NCBI RefSeq assembly: GCF_006345805.1
Contig: NC_042999.1
Span: forward strand, 2,790,001 to 2,854,000
Origin: Octopus sinensis
Lineage: Eukaryota
Length of the DNA: 64,000 nt
Direction of reading: 5' to 3'
In this document: positions 23,015 to 34,434 of the stretch, piece after piece
Layout: the number at the start of each line of letters is the position of its first letter
How positions within the stretch are numbered: position 1 is the stretch's first letter
Position numbers and translations under genes: made by a program
The notes under the pieces: model-generated
What the model was told of the DNA's origin: nothing
The model's database searches: none
The model's input: the letters and a program-made list of their open reading frames with translations, nothing else

Positions 23015-24142
23015 TTAGCATCTGGTTGACCATCCTTTAGCATCAATTACCACTTTTATACTGTTAGGCATTGAATCAACTAGTTTCTTGCAGGTGTTAG
23101 GCTCAATTTTACTTCATTCTTCTCTCAACTTTTGGTACAAATGCTCTTTATTTTCAATTGTTGTGTTCCTGATAGCTTCATCAGGTGTTCCCCATAGGCA
23201 TTCGATCGGATTTAGATCGGGACATTGAGCTGACCAGTCCATGGGAACAATAATTTGTGTCTCAAGCCATTGATGAGTAATCTTTGCTGTGTGACATGGA
23301 GCGTTGTCCTGTTGAAAGATAACACTGTTTTCCAACACTCCTGGATGCAATTTAGCAATTGATGGCTCTAAAACATCCGATAACATAGAAACATAAGTAG
23401 CTGAATCCATCCTTCCCTGATATAAAATCATTTCTCTGGTTCCTGTGGCAGATATGCAGACCCACACCATTATAGAACCACCCCCATGTTTCACAGTTGG
23501 TACCAGACATTCAACCTTAAATGCTTCCCCAACTCTGTGACACATGAAAGTTGCACCAGATGTACCAAAAACCTGAGTAAAAACATGAAAAATAAATATT
23601 AGCTTTATGTTGGATACTTTTTTATATATTTTGGGCAACAAACCAGTTACATTAAGTTTACATGTCGATTGAATACATGTACTATCTTATTTCATAGTTA
23701 CTTTCATCAAACCATATGACTTTCGACCATTGCTCACTGGTCCAATTTGAGTGGTCTTTGGCCCACTGAAGACATTTTTCCATATTCGCTTCAGAAACCC
23801 TTGGCTTCTTCCTGGCTTTACAGCCTTTCAGACCATACTCTACAAGCATTCTTCTAACAGTTCTGATTGATATTTGTGAAGTACTTGCCTTGTTGAAGTC
23901 CGCACAGAGCTCTGACGATGTTTTTCTCTTGTTTCTAAGTGACTGATGGATGATAGATATATCATCACAAGGTGATGTAACCTTTTTCCTGCCTCTTCAT
24001 TGTATTGTCTTCACATCTTTTGTCTCTCTGAAGCGCTTGAAAGTCGTTTGCACCACACATCGAGAACATTTCATCTTCTGAGCAATTTCCCTTTCAGACA
24101 TTCCATCTTCATGATGAGCTATGATTTGACGTCGCTCACACT
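23015..24142 (-). pseudogene. Tc1 transposase (HTH plus DD34E) with a 118-bp intron; first codons lie at 28672-28710
   Basis: PKTRGLSECERRQIIA..(frameshift)RGRKKVT..RTVRR..WFDESNYE|VFG..VKHGGGSIMVW..FQQDNAPCHT..WSAQCPDLNPIE (34 residues between D and E); TGG>TGA at about 23114; ends DAKGWSTRC*. Confidence 0.85.
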
Positions 24143-24377
24143 TGTTATATAATCATCACAACAAACATGAACAATCAACGTCGCCCATTGTCTCCCTTGA
24201 TAAAAGGACTTTCACTTTGTTTCCCGCCAAAACAATTAACTTGTACAACAACGGCAGTCGAATAAAGTATCTTGTATCGTTAACACGTTGTTTCAGTCTC
24301 TCTCTTTCTTAATCTTTCATACTAATACTCACTACTTCCTTTAATACTCAATACAATATATATATATAACAACAACA
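24143..24377 (+). repeat. 5' LTR (235 bp)
   Basis: TGTTATATAATC...AACAACA; differs from the 3' LTR by 1 substitution and 2 small indels. Confidence 0.95.
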
Positions 24378-24388
24378 TGGTGTCAGAA
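24378..24388 (+). promoter_or_regulatory. Primer-binding site TGGTGTCAGAA
   Basis: Abuts the LTR; complementary to the 3' end of tRNA-Leu(CAA)-type tRNAs (..TTCTGACACCA), recalled rather than searched. Confidence 0.75.
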
Positions 24389-24455
24389 TACTAAAAGAAC
24401 CCAAAATACAGAAACCAAAGGAAAAAAGAAGTTGAAATCATACTTCAAAGACGAA

Positions 24456-25295
24456 ATGGAAAATTTACCGCATCCAAAAGACCTAGACTTTAATAAGGAA
24501 AATCTAGCCGCAGCATGGAAAAAGTGGAAAAAAGAATTCAATCTCTTTTTGATAGCAACAGAAAGTGACATGAAGCCAGACAAAGTAAAAACTTCAATGT
24601 TTTTAACTTGCATCGGTTCTAAAGGCCGAGATATCCATTCCACTCTGGATTTCGATTCACCCGACGAAGAAATGAACCTTCAGACAGTAATCGAAAAATT
24701 CGATGCATATTGTGAACCCAGGAAAAACATAACTTTCCTAAGACACAAATTCTTCACATGTGGACAAGCGGAACATCAAAAATTCGATGAGTACGTAGTA
24801 GAGTTGCGCCAAAAGGCACAACAGTGCGAATTCGGCAACCTCACAGACAGTCTCACCAAAGATATTCTGATATGTGGAATCAGAGACATGAGATTAAGAG
24901 AAAGATTATTGAGAGAACCAAATTTAGACCTACAAAAAACAATTCAAGCAGGTCAGAGTGCAGAGCAAACACGACTCCAATCAAGGATGCTAAATGCCAC
25001 ATCCGAAACAAGAGATAACGAAATCTCGAGGGTATATAGTCAACACGACAGAAAAGGCGCCAAAACTCAAATAACCCGCCATATGCAATCCAGACATCAA
25101 AACGAACAAGGCGGAAGTGACAGAAAGCCCGCGAAGTTTCAAGCGCCAAGTCAACACTACGTCACTAACTGTCACTATGTGGTTATAATCACAAAAGAAA
25201 TAAATGCCCAGCATTTCACAAGACATGTGAAAAATGCAAGAAACAAGGACACTATGCAAAAATGTGCAAATCAAGAAAATTTGTACATAAAGTAG
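24456..25295 (+). CDS. gag: Gag (frameshifted at about 25176 inside the first zinc knuckle)
   Basis: MENLPHP..AWKKWKKEF..LLREPNLDLQK; restored CHYCGYNHKRNKC-PAFHKT-CEKCKKQGHYAKMC. Confidence 0.85.
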   Translation: MENLPHPKDLDFNKENLAAAWKKWKKEFNLFLIATESDMKPDKVKTSMFLTCIGSKGRDIHSTLDFDSPDEEMNLQTVIEKFDAYCEPRKNITFLRHKFFTCGQAEHQKFDEYVVELRQKAQQCEFGNLTDSLTKDILICGIRDMRLRERLLREPNLDLQKTIQAGQSAEQTRLQSRMLNATSETRDNEISRVYSQHDRKGAKTQITRHMQSRHQNEQGGSDRKPAKFQAPSQHYVTNCHYVVIITKEINAQHFTRHVKNARNKDTMQKCANQENLYIK

Positions 25296-25741
25296 AGATA
25301 CATACCGATGATGAATCAGATGACGATACACATGCACTCGAAATGATCACTGCAAATAATTCCCGCGTGCACAAAATCGAAAAGTTCAAGACTCCAAAAG
25401 ACATTTGGACGGTCGAACTAAAAGTGAACAACTCGAATGTAACATTCAAAATAGATACAGGAGCAGACGTAACCGTACTGCCATTCAGAGAATATAGAAA
25501 TATAATTCCAAAACCACAACTGCAAAAAACTTCAACCCGATTATCAGCTTATAATAACACAGCTATAAAAGTGCTAGGAAAATGCACAGCAGTCATTAAA
25601 TACAAAGAATTATCAAAGCAAATAAAATTCATTGTTGCAAAAACAAACTCGCACGCAGTTATAGATGCAAAGACAGCTAAAGATCTGAACCTGATTCAGA
25701 GAATTTCAAAAATAAATTCGTCGAACAAAACGACATATTAG
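25262..25741 (+). CDS. pol: Aspartic protease segment of pol
   Basis: FKIDTGADVTV motif at about 25454. Confidence 0.9.
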   Translation: MCKSRKFVHKVEIHTDDESDDDTHALEMITANNSRVHKIEKFKTPKDIWTVELKVNNSNVTFKIDTGADVTVLPFREYRNIIPKPQLQKTSTRLSAYNNTAIKVLGKCTAVIKYKELSKQIKFIVAKTNSHAVIDAKTAKDLNLIQRISKINSSNKTTY

Positions 25742-27327
25742 AAAAATATGAAGACTGTTTCGGAGAAATCGGCACTTTGTCAATAACACATCATATCACA
25801 GTGGATCCACAAATAACTCCTGTAATTCATCCACCAAGATCGGTTCCTTTTTCTATAAAAGAAAAACTCAACAAAGAATTAAAAAGAATGACAGAATTAG
25901 ATATCATAAAACCTGTTAGTGAACCTACAGACTGGGTAAATTCCCTAGTCATCGTTGAAAAAGCCAACGGAAAACTCCGACTCTGTTTAGACCCCAAGAA
26001 TCTAAACAAAGCCATAAAAAGGCAACCTTTCAAACTCCCTACAGCGGAGGACATTTTTGCACAAATGCATAACCCTAAATATTTTTCAAAACTCGATGCA
26101 TCTAATGGATACTGGCAAATTCCAGTTGACGAAGAAAGCTCCCATCTTTTAACGTTCAACACACCTTTTGGAAGGTATCGCTTCACACGACTACCCTTTG
26201 GAATTCACAGCGCCAGTGAAGTTTTCCAAAAAGAAATTTCAAAAATAATAGAGGGCATAGAAGGAGCAAGAAATTCACAGGATGACATCATAATCTGGTC
26301 CAACACTTTAGAAGAACACACAAATAGACTACAACAAGTTTTCGATCGAATCCGAAAGCACGGATTAAAGTTAAATAAATCAAAGTGTATCTTCTATGAA
26401 TCACAAATCAAGTACCTTGGGCATATATTAACCAGCGAAGGGATAAAACAAGATCCAACCAAGGTACAAGCAATCATTCACATGCCACTGCCAACAAGTA
26501 AAAAAGAATTACAAAGATTCCTAGGTATGACAAATTACCTATGTAAATTTTTATCTAATTACTCCGAAGTCACAGCACCATTGCGCCAGCTTCTACAGAG
26601 TGACACGTTATGGTCATTCGACAAACCACAAATCGAAGCAATAAAAAAGCTAAAAGAAATGATTACCACCAGAAAACCAGTGCTACAATTTTATGATCCA
26701 GATCTACCAATAAAAATAACTACAGATGCTAGCAAGCATGGGCTCGGAGCGATACTTGAGCAGAAACACAACGAAAGATGGCTACCTGTTTCGTTTGCAT
26801 CTCGTGCAACAACTCAAGCGGAACAAAACTACTGTCCGATAGAGAGCGAAGCTCTCAGTATAGTTTTCGCATGCAAGAAATTTCATCAGTTTATATACGG
26901 AACTCATTTCAGAATCGAAAATGACCATAAACCGTTGAAGCAAATATTCAAAAAATCGATCACTAAATGCACCCCCAGAATCCAAAGATTTCTACTAACA
27001 TTACAAAGATATGATTTAGACCTAAACCACATACCTGGTAAAGAATCAATTGTTGCAGATACCCTATCACGTGCATACCTTGAGCAAAATACTCCAGAAG
27101 TACCAGACGAAGATATGAAATCGCACATTCATGCAGTAATAAAAAATTACCCCATAACCGACACTAAATTAAAAGAGTATAAAGAAGCCACTGCAGACGA
27201 CCCGTCTCTACAGACACTCATCACATATACAAAAACAGAATGGCCCCCAAAAGACAAAATACCAATAACATCAAACCATTCGTATCCGTTCGTGATGAAA
27301 TATCAATCGTCAATGGTCTCGTTCTAA
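25732..27327 (+). CDS. pol: Reverse transcriptase plus RNase H segment of pol
   Basis: KLDASNGYWQI, RLPFGI, SQDD, LGHIL, FLGMTNY; RNase H TDASKHGLGA, EAL, NDHKPL. Confidence 0.95.
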   Translation, partial: DILEKYEDCFGEIGTLSITHHITVDPQITPVIHPPRSVPFSIKEKLNKELKRMTELDIIKPVSEPTDWVNSLVIVEKANGKLRLCLDPKNLNKAIKRQPFKLPTAEDIFAQMHNPKYFSKLDASNGYWQIPVDEESSHLLTFNTPFGRYRFTRLPFGIHSASEVFQKEISKIIEGIEGARNSQDDIIIWSNTLEEHTNRLQQVFDRIRKHGLKLNKSKCIFYESQIKYLGHILTSEGIKQDPTKVQAIIHMPLPTSKKELQRFLGMTNYLCKFLSNYSEVTAPLRQLLQSDTLWSFDKPQIEAIKKLKEMITTRKPVLQFYDPDLPIKITTDASKHGLGAILEQKHNERWLPVSFASRATTQAEQNYCPIESEALSIVFACKKFHQFIYGTHFRIENDHKPLKQIFKKSITKCTPRIQRFLLTLQRYDLDLNHIPGKESIVADTLSRAYLEQNTPEVPDEDMKSHIHAVIKNYPITDTKLKEYKEATADDPSLQTLITYTKTEWPPKDKIPITSNHSYPFVMKYQSSMVSF

Positions 27328-28400
27328 AAGGTTCAAGAATAATTGTACCTAAGTCATTACGTAGAGAAGCTCTACAGGAAATACATACCGGACACATGGG
27401 TATCGAAAAATGCATAGAGAGAGCGAAGGAATGTATATACTGGCCCGGCATTAACGCTCAAATCAAAGACATGATTAACACATGCTCATACTGCATTGAC
27501 TACAAAAATCAACAAGCAGCCGAACCACTAATAAATCATGAAATACCTACTACACCATGGACCAAAGTGGGTACAGACGTATTTCACCTGTCTGGAAATT
27601 CGTATGTCACAATTATTGACTATACAACAAGATTTTTTGATCTACACGAAATAAATGATTGCCAGTCAAAAACCGTAATCAAAAAATTAAAAGAAACTTT
27701 TGCTAAATTCGGAATTCCGCAAACAGTTGTAAGTGACAACGGTCCAGAATTCAATTCGGCTGAATTCAAAAAATTTGCAAAAAATTGGCATTTTCATCAC
27801 ACAAAGACAAGCCCGCATTATCATCAAGCGAATGGCATGGTTGAGAGAAATATACAGACAATAAAAAAGACGCTAAAAAAGGCATTCAAAAGTGACGAAG
27901 AACCTCAGTTAGCGCTCTTAGCATTACGCACGACTAAATTACAAAATGGTGCACCATCCCCTGCAAATCAAATAATGAATAGAACATTGCGAACAAATCT
28001 CCCAAACATACTACACGACAAAATTGGTATCAGGCCTCACGAAAAGAAGAAATCAAACATTACAACAGAACTCCCAGAGTTAAAACCACACGACACGGTT
28101 AGAATTAAGTTTAACAACAATTGGTTTAGAAGGGGCAAAATAATTAAAAAACTAGAGCAACCTCGTTCATACTTAGTAATAACAGAGGAAGGAAATACAG
28201 TCAAACGAAATAGACAACATATTCTTAAAACAAACGAACACGTTCGCATAACAGAAGAATTAGATTATGAAAATATATTTCCAAAATCAACAAACACGCA
28301 TGAAAAAACAAAAACAGCACAACTACAGAATTCAACACTACAAAATAATAAAACCACAAAAAGTGGACGACGAATAATTATTCCCTGTAGATACAGATGA
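27240..28400 (+). CDS. pol: Integrase segment of pol
   Basis: HHCC (HTGH..C..C), GTDVF, SDNGPEF, NGMVER; C-terminal PRSYLV..RNRQH and SGR..PCRY*. Confidence 0.95.
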   Translation: MAPKRQNTNNIKPFVSVRDEISIVNGLVLKGSRIIVPKSLRREALQEIHTGHMGIEKCIERAKECIYWPGINAQIKDMINTCSYCIDYKNQQAAEPLINHEIPTTPWTKVGTDVFHLSGNSYVTIIDYTTRFFDLHEINDCQSKTVIKKLKETFAKFGIPQTVVSDNGPEFNSAEFKKFAKNWHFHHTKTSPHYHQANGMVERNIQTIKKTLKKAFKSDEEPQLALLALRTTKLQNGAPSPANQIMNRTLRTNLPNILHDKIGIRPHEKKKSNITTELPELKPHDTVRIKFNNNWFRRGKIIKKLEQPRSYLVITEEGNTVKRNRQHILKTNEHVRITEELDYENIFPKSTNTHEKTKTAQLQNSTLQNNKTTKSGRRIIIPCRYR

Positions 28401-28415
28401 TATAAAAAAAAATTT

Positions 28416-28433
28416 AAAAAAAAAAAAGGAAGA
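28416..28433 (+). promoter_or_regulatory. Polypurine tract
   Basis: A-run followed by GGAAGA immediately before the 3' LTR. Confidence 0.8.
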
Positions 28434-28671
28434 TGTTATATAATCATCACAACAAACATGAACAATCAACGTCGCCCATTGTATCCCTTGATAAAAGGAC
28501 TTTCACTTTGTTTCCCGCCAAAACAATTAACTTGTACAACAACGGCAGTCGAATAAAGTATCTTGTATCGTTAACACGTTGTTTCAGTCTCTCTCATTTT
28601 CTTAATCTTTCATACTAAATACTCACTACTTCCTTTAATACTCAATACAATATATATATATAACAACAACA
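28434..28671 (+). repeat. 3' LTR (238 bp)
   Basis: Direct repeat of 24143-24377. Confidence 0.95.
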
Positions 28672-28904
28672 ACACTCACTCAAGCCCCTTGTTTTAGGCG
28701 CTTTACTGTTTATTAACTGTATCTACAACGTATTTTAGTATAAAACACTGAAATAATCAAGGAAACATAAGTTGATTTTGGACGTTGGTCTTACTCAAAA
28801 TTGGTTGCATGTGTACAGTACAGTATAAAAGTGGTAATTGATGCTAAAGGAGAGTCAACCAGATATTAAAACTAATGTAAAACTAATACATATATAAACT
28901 ATAT

Positions 28905-29429
28905 ATATATATATATATAAATAAACACACTACACACACACACACATCGTTGGGCGATGGCTTAGCTGGCCGAAACTCCGAAGTCACTGTCAATAAAATT
29001 CTTGTTTAAGAATAATAAACATATTATAACAGGCGCAGGAGTGGCTGTGTGATAAGTAGCTTGTTTACCAACCACATGGTTCCGGGTTCAGTCCCACTGC
29101 ATGGCACCTTGGGCAAGTGTCTTCTACTATAGCCTCGGGCTGACCAAAGCCCTGTGAGTGGATTTGGTAGACGGAAACTAAAAGAAGCCCATCGTATATA
29201 TGTATATATATATATGTGTGTGTGTGTTTGTGTTTGTCCCCCTAGCATTGCTTGACAACTGATGCTGGTGTGTTTATGTCCCAGGGTTGAGTTGCTCAAT
29301 TAAAGGCGGTGCTCCAGCATGGCCGCAGTCAAATGACTGAAACAAGTAAAAGAGTATATATACACATACATGTATAAATACTTATCTATCTATATATATA
29401 TATATATATACACGTATGTGTGTGTATAA

Positions 29430-29478
<49 letters not shown>

Positions 29479-29983
29479 CACACTACACACACACACACAT
29501 CGTTGGGCGATGGCTTAGCTGGCCGAAACTCCGAAGTCACTGTCAATAAAATTCTTGTTTAAGAATAATAAACATATTATAACAGGCGCAGGAGTGGCTG
29601 TGTGATAAGTAGCTTGTTTACCAACCACATGGTTCCGGGTTCAGTCCCACTGCATGGCACCTTGGGCAAGTGTCTTCTACTATAGCCTCGGCTGACCAAA
29701 GCCCTGTGAGTGGATTTGGTAGACGGAAACTAAAAGAAGCCCATCGTATATATGTATATATATATATGTGTGTGTGTGTTTGTGTTTGTCCCCCTAGCAT
29801 TGCTTGACAACTGATGCTGGTGTGTTTATGTCCCAGGGTTGAGTTGCTCAATTAAAGGCGGTGCTCCAGCATGGCCGCAGTCAAATGACTGAAACAAGTA
29901 AAAGAGTATATATACACATACATGTATAAATACTTATCTATCTATATATATATATATATATACACGTATGTGTGTGTATAAAT

Positions 29984-30036
<53 letters not shown>

Positions 30037-30500
30037 TATATATAATGCGTCTATTCCATTTATTCCACTAATGGCTTTGGGAAAGGCATAAATGTCACAG
30101 GTCATATCTTCCCCTTCCACCACTACGGAAGCAGAAATCCATAAGGCTCATCATCCATTAACGATTATCCCTCGTCAGGAAAACTCCAGAAATCGATTTT
30201 CTTCATCATATAAATAAATTCATAGGTTTTTGCATATAAACAAATATACATACATAAATACATTATACACACGTAGATATACACGTGTGTGTGTGTGTTT
30301 GTGTTTGTCCCCCTAGCATTGCTTGACAACTGATGCTGGTGTGTTTATGTCCCAGGGTTGAGTTGCTCAATTAAAGGCGGTGCTCCAGCATGGCCGCAGT
30401 CAAATGACTGAAACAAGTAAAAGAGTATATATACACATACATGTATAAATACTTATCTATCTATATATATATATATATATACACGTATGTGTGTGTATAA

Positions 30501-30549
<49 letters not shown>

Positions 30550-30815
30550 CATATATATAATGCGTCTATTCCATTTATTCCACTAATGGCTTTGGGAAAG
30601 GCATAAATGTCACAGGTCATATCTTCCCCTTCCACCACTACGGAAGCAGAAATCCATAAGGCTCATCATCCATTAACGATTATCCCTCGTCAGGAAAACT
30701 CCAGAAATCGATTTTCTTCATCATATAAATAAATTCATAGGTTTTTGCATATAAACAAATATACATACATAAATACATTATACACACGTAGATATACACG
30801 TGTGTGTGTGTGTGT
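28905..30815. repeat. Two overlapping near-identical tandem duplications (periods about 553 and 515 bp) containing family A SINEs
   Basis: ATCGTTGGGCGATGG at about 28946 and 29499; GCGTCTATTCC..GGAAAACTCC block at about 30045 and 30560. Confidence 0.9.
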
Positions 30816-31829
30816 TCTTGAGTTGGTGTGTCTGTATGTGAGTGTGTGTACGGCTGTTTTATCTACTAAATGAATTATTAAATAGGTATGTGTTATTCTA
30901 TAAACTATCAAAGACCGAACATCACAGGGAAACGTTGTATGTATAATGTTTAACATAATGATCAATCTAAACAAAAACCATTTGTTTTTGTTGTTGCTTT
31001 TTCTTTTTTAAAACAAACTCCACACGCCACGCATATCATCTCGCCGATGAGGTTTCCTCCTCTGCTACTAAAACAGCTTTGATCTTTGACCCCCAAATAC
31101 TGCCCCCTCTTTTAGAACTTGCCCTTTTCTATCGCATTGTTATTATTCAATTTTTACAATACACTTCATCCTTCCTCGAGTTTATCACTTTCTCTAAGAC
31201 GGGAAATCATTTTTCATAAACACTTCTATTTCTCTTGAAAATTTTTCCTCGCAACCACTACCACCATCATCCTCACATCCATTTTCCTTTTCCTCCTGTT
31301 CTCTTCGCCACCACTCTTCTCCCAGGAAGCTTTTTCCTTAAGTAACCGAAAGGCTGCAAATGAGAGCTAAATTCTTCATTGTTTCATCTTGGTAGGTAAC
31401 ACACATCCAAGAACACCATTTCTTTTGCACGGAATCGTGGAATGCTTCTGCTCGTTTTATCTCAAGTGAAGGCTATAATAGATGAATATGGAGTGTCTAA
31501 TAAAGAACGTTGCTCAATTTACGGCTTAACCAATATTTCTCTTAATCTATTCCCTAGATAAAATATTCCATCATCTTTAAAGGCTACATACATACACATA
31601 CATGTATGCATATATACGCACATATATGTATATTTATAGAGATACATATTCATACACATTTACATATATATTTGTGCATATATATCTATATGTATATGTA
31701 TACACATATATATACAGATTAAATATATATATATATATTTATATTTATGAATGAATATGTGTATACACACACACACACACATATATATATATGAATATAT
31801 ATATGCATGTGTATATATGTATACAAACA

Positions 31830-31871
<42 letters not shown>

Positions 31872-31891
31872 TGCGTGTATATATATATATA

Positions 31892-31924
<33 letters not shown>

Positions 31925-31951
31925 GTGTGTATATATACATATGTGTATATA

Positions 31952-32003
<52 letters not shown>

Positions 32004-33249
32004 AGTAACCTTAATGATAGACAAAGAATTATTCTCCTTCTTCCGAAACATTATCAGTGAAGAACTCCTCTTCCCTTTTTACTATGAAACACCCCCACCA
32101 TCACCCAACGACACCAGCACCACCACCACCCCTACCACCCCACTTTCACTTCCCTGTTAACATAAACACCTTATCTATATGCAGTTTCTATATAGAAGTT
32201 TCCTTTCTCTAACAGCTTCTAATATAAGGAATATATTGAGGAACGCCAAAGTGGCAGGGTCGGTAGAGCATCGAGTTAAATGTCTTCTAATATTTACGTC
32301 TATCTATCTATAATAATCATGCGTTTATTTATTTATTTATTTATTCTCAGATGTTCTTCAGATCATTCCAAGGAAGTTATGTTTCTATTAGTTTTTCAGT
32401 CGCTGTTTTTGTATGTTGTAATATCTAACTTAAAATATTACTATCTGTATACATACACTACCGTCAGAAATTAATTAGCACTCTTGATTTGCTCTTCACT
32501 CAAGGTATGTGCTGTCACCTAGTGGCCATATCTCGAACTATTGCTTTGTTGCGAGTTCACTGTTGCGCAGAACGATGACGTAACTTTGTTTGCAGAGCAG
32601 TTTGAGAGTCTACAGCCTTATGATGTTGACATAGCAGTGCAACAACTTGGAGTGCGGATGCAGACAAATCTTCCTTTGTTTAATAGATATAGGTAGCGCC
32701 TTGCAAGGACCGAAATCACACCATACTAAGTTTTCTCATCGCATAAGACGTTTTGAACAGCTCATAGGTTAATTGATTTAACCTATTTAATGTAGAAATT
32801 TGAGAAGTGCTAATTAATTTCTGACGCAAGTGTACATGCATACATACATACATACATACATAATACATATATACATATATACACAATACACACACATATA
32901 TACATATATACATACATACATACACACATAGATACATACACACATAGATGCATACGTACATACATTCATACATACATACATATAAAAATATCCTGTTGTT
33001 GATGTTGAAATTCCAATGAAGAAACCTTGGATCTAGGATAGAAACTGCTTCTTTCTCTATTGGTAAGAAATCTTGAAATAAACTGAATAATAACATACAT
33101 ATGTATATACACACACACATACATACATACTTTCATTCATCTATAAATTTTTATATATACACACACACACATCTATGTATATATTTTGGATTTGGTTTGC
33201 AAGATTCTTTATGTGAGTTTGTGAGTTGAAGTATATTCTATTAGGTTTA

Positions 33250-33420
33250 GGGAGAGTCATTTTCTTTTTGTGCCTATGGTTTAACATACCCCCTGGTAAA
33301 GTTTGCACTTATTCCTTATTTCTATTTTCCTAAAATTTTCATTGTGTCTTGCAACTTTTTCAAGAGTCAAGACTATTGAAAAGGTTGCAAGATGCAACGA
33401 AAATTTTCGGAAAGGATGCA
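33250..33420. mobile_element. MITE-like element with internal hairpin; related copy at 62685-62900
   Basis: Shared GGAGAGTCATT..GTGCC..CTGGTAAA..TTTTCATTG..TCTTG..GAGTCAA..CTATTGAAAA.GTTGCAAGA. Confidence 0.55.
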
Positions 33421-34434
33421 AGCATAGTCGACCAGGGCAGAATTTGAACTCAGAATGTAAAGGCAGACGAAATGTCTCTAAGCATTTCGCCCAGCGCACT
33501 AACATTTCTGCCAGCTCGTCGCCTTGGGGAAGGATGCCAGTCGATAAGATCTACCCCAGTATGCAACTGGTACTTAATTAATCGATCCTGAAAGGATAAA
33601 TGGCAAAGTCGACCTAGGCTGAATTTGAACTCAGAACATAATTTGCCTTAGCATTGAAAAATTATGAAATCAGTCCATGGAAGATAGTATTTTCAGGATG
33701 ACTACGGAAATAACTTGAAGTTTAATACCAGTTATTTATTGGATGAATTGCATTTCAATTTTTTATCTTTTATTATTACAGGAATTAGAATTACTAAAAT
33801 AACTACTATTTTGCTTTCTTGAGCCCTGAGACACATGCGTTTATTACCTGGTTTCCCTGGCATCTAAGTTACTGAGATCCTAAGATGCCCCAAATGAGAT
33901 ACCAGTCTCTTGCAGAATTCATGACCATTCATTTTCGTAGGAGGTAACAAGTCATTTGCATTGGCCACGGCACTTGACTGGCGTTTTATTTTATTACCCC
34001 TGTGGAATGAATGACAAAGTTAACCTTGGCAAGATTTGAACTCAGAACGTAAAGAACCAGAAGTATTGCTGCTGAAAATGTTGTCCAATCAGCTGATGGT
34101 TCTCTCATCTCACTGCCTTCCGAGTTCTGCACTTGAGTCAATTTAATCGATGACACAGCTCCCCTTTCGTTTTGACTCCCACTGCATTGTCATTGCGATT
34201 AAGAGGGCAGTGAAAGACAAAATTGACGTTGTACTTTACAGCCAGCTTTTCTCTATTCAGTAATATTCCTTTTAGAGGTTTTGGCCTCAGGACAAATGGG
34301 AAAAATCCATATTATCGAAATTTCTTTATCTGAAGCTCTACAAAAGAATTGTCATTTGTTCTGTAAGCCATTATGTATTTATGAGGCTTACAGCTTCAAG
34401 TTAACCCAGTGCTTAAACTTGAATTTGGTTCTGT

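Larger units (their letters stand above)
24143..28671 (+). mobile_element. Full-length Ty3/Gypsy LTR retrotransposon, Mag-like, no env
   Basis: TG..CA LTRs, 5-bp TSD ACACT (24138-42 / 28672-76), PBS, PPT, order gag-PR-RT-RH-INT, tandem CCHC knuckles. Confidence 0.95.
22899..28880 (-). mobile_element. Decayed Tc1 (DD34E) DNA transposon interrupted by the LTR retrotransposon
   Basis: Tc1-like terminus CCTTGGTCAAAAGTATT near 22905; transposase on the minus strand split at 24142/28672; inverted-repeat remnant at 28820-28879. Confidence 0.8.

Noticed and set aside
24456-25741. Programmed -1 ribosomal frameshifting as the explanation for the Gypsy frame changes
   Set aside because: The shifts fall inside a zinc knuckle and inside pol rather than at a gag/pol boundary, and each is repaired by one missing base.
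30170-30182. Minus-strand CTGACGA box (also at 30688)
   Set aside because: No stem II or GAAA at a usable distance.
31358-31400. ATGAGAGCTAAATTC..TTG|GTAGGT possible first coding exon
   Set aside because: Only 10 codons, no recognisable peptide and no supported downstream partner.
33015-33060. CCAATGA..ACCT/AGGAT..GAAAC hammerhead-like string
   Set aside because: Two core changes and weak stems; not supportable from this copy.
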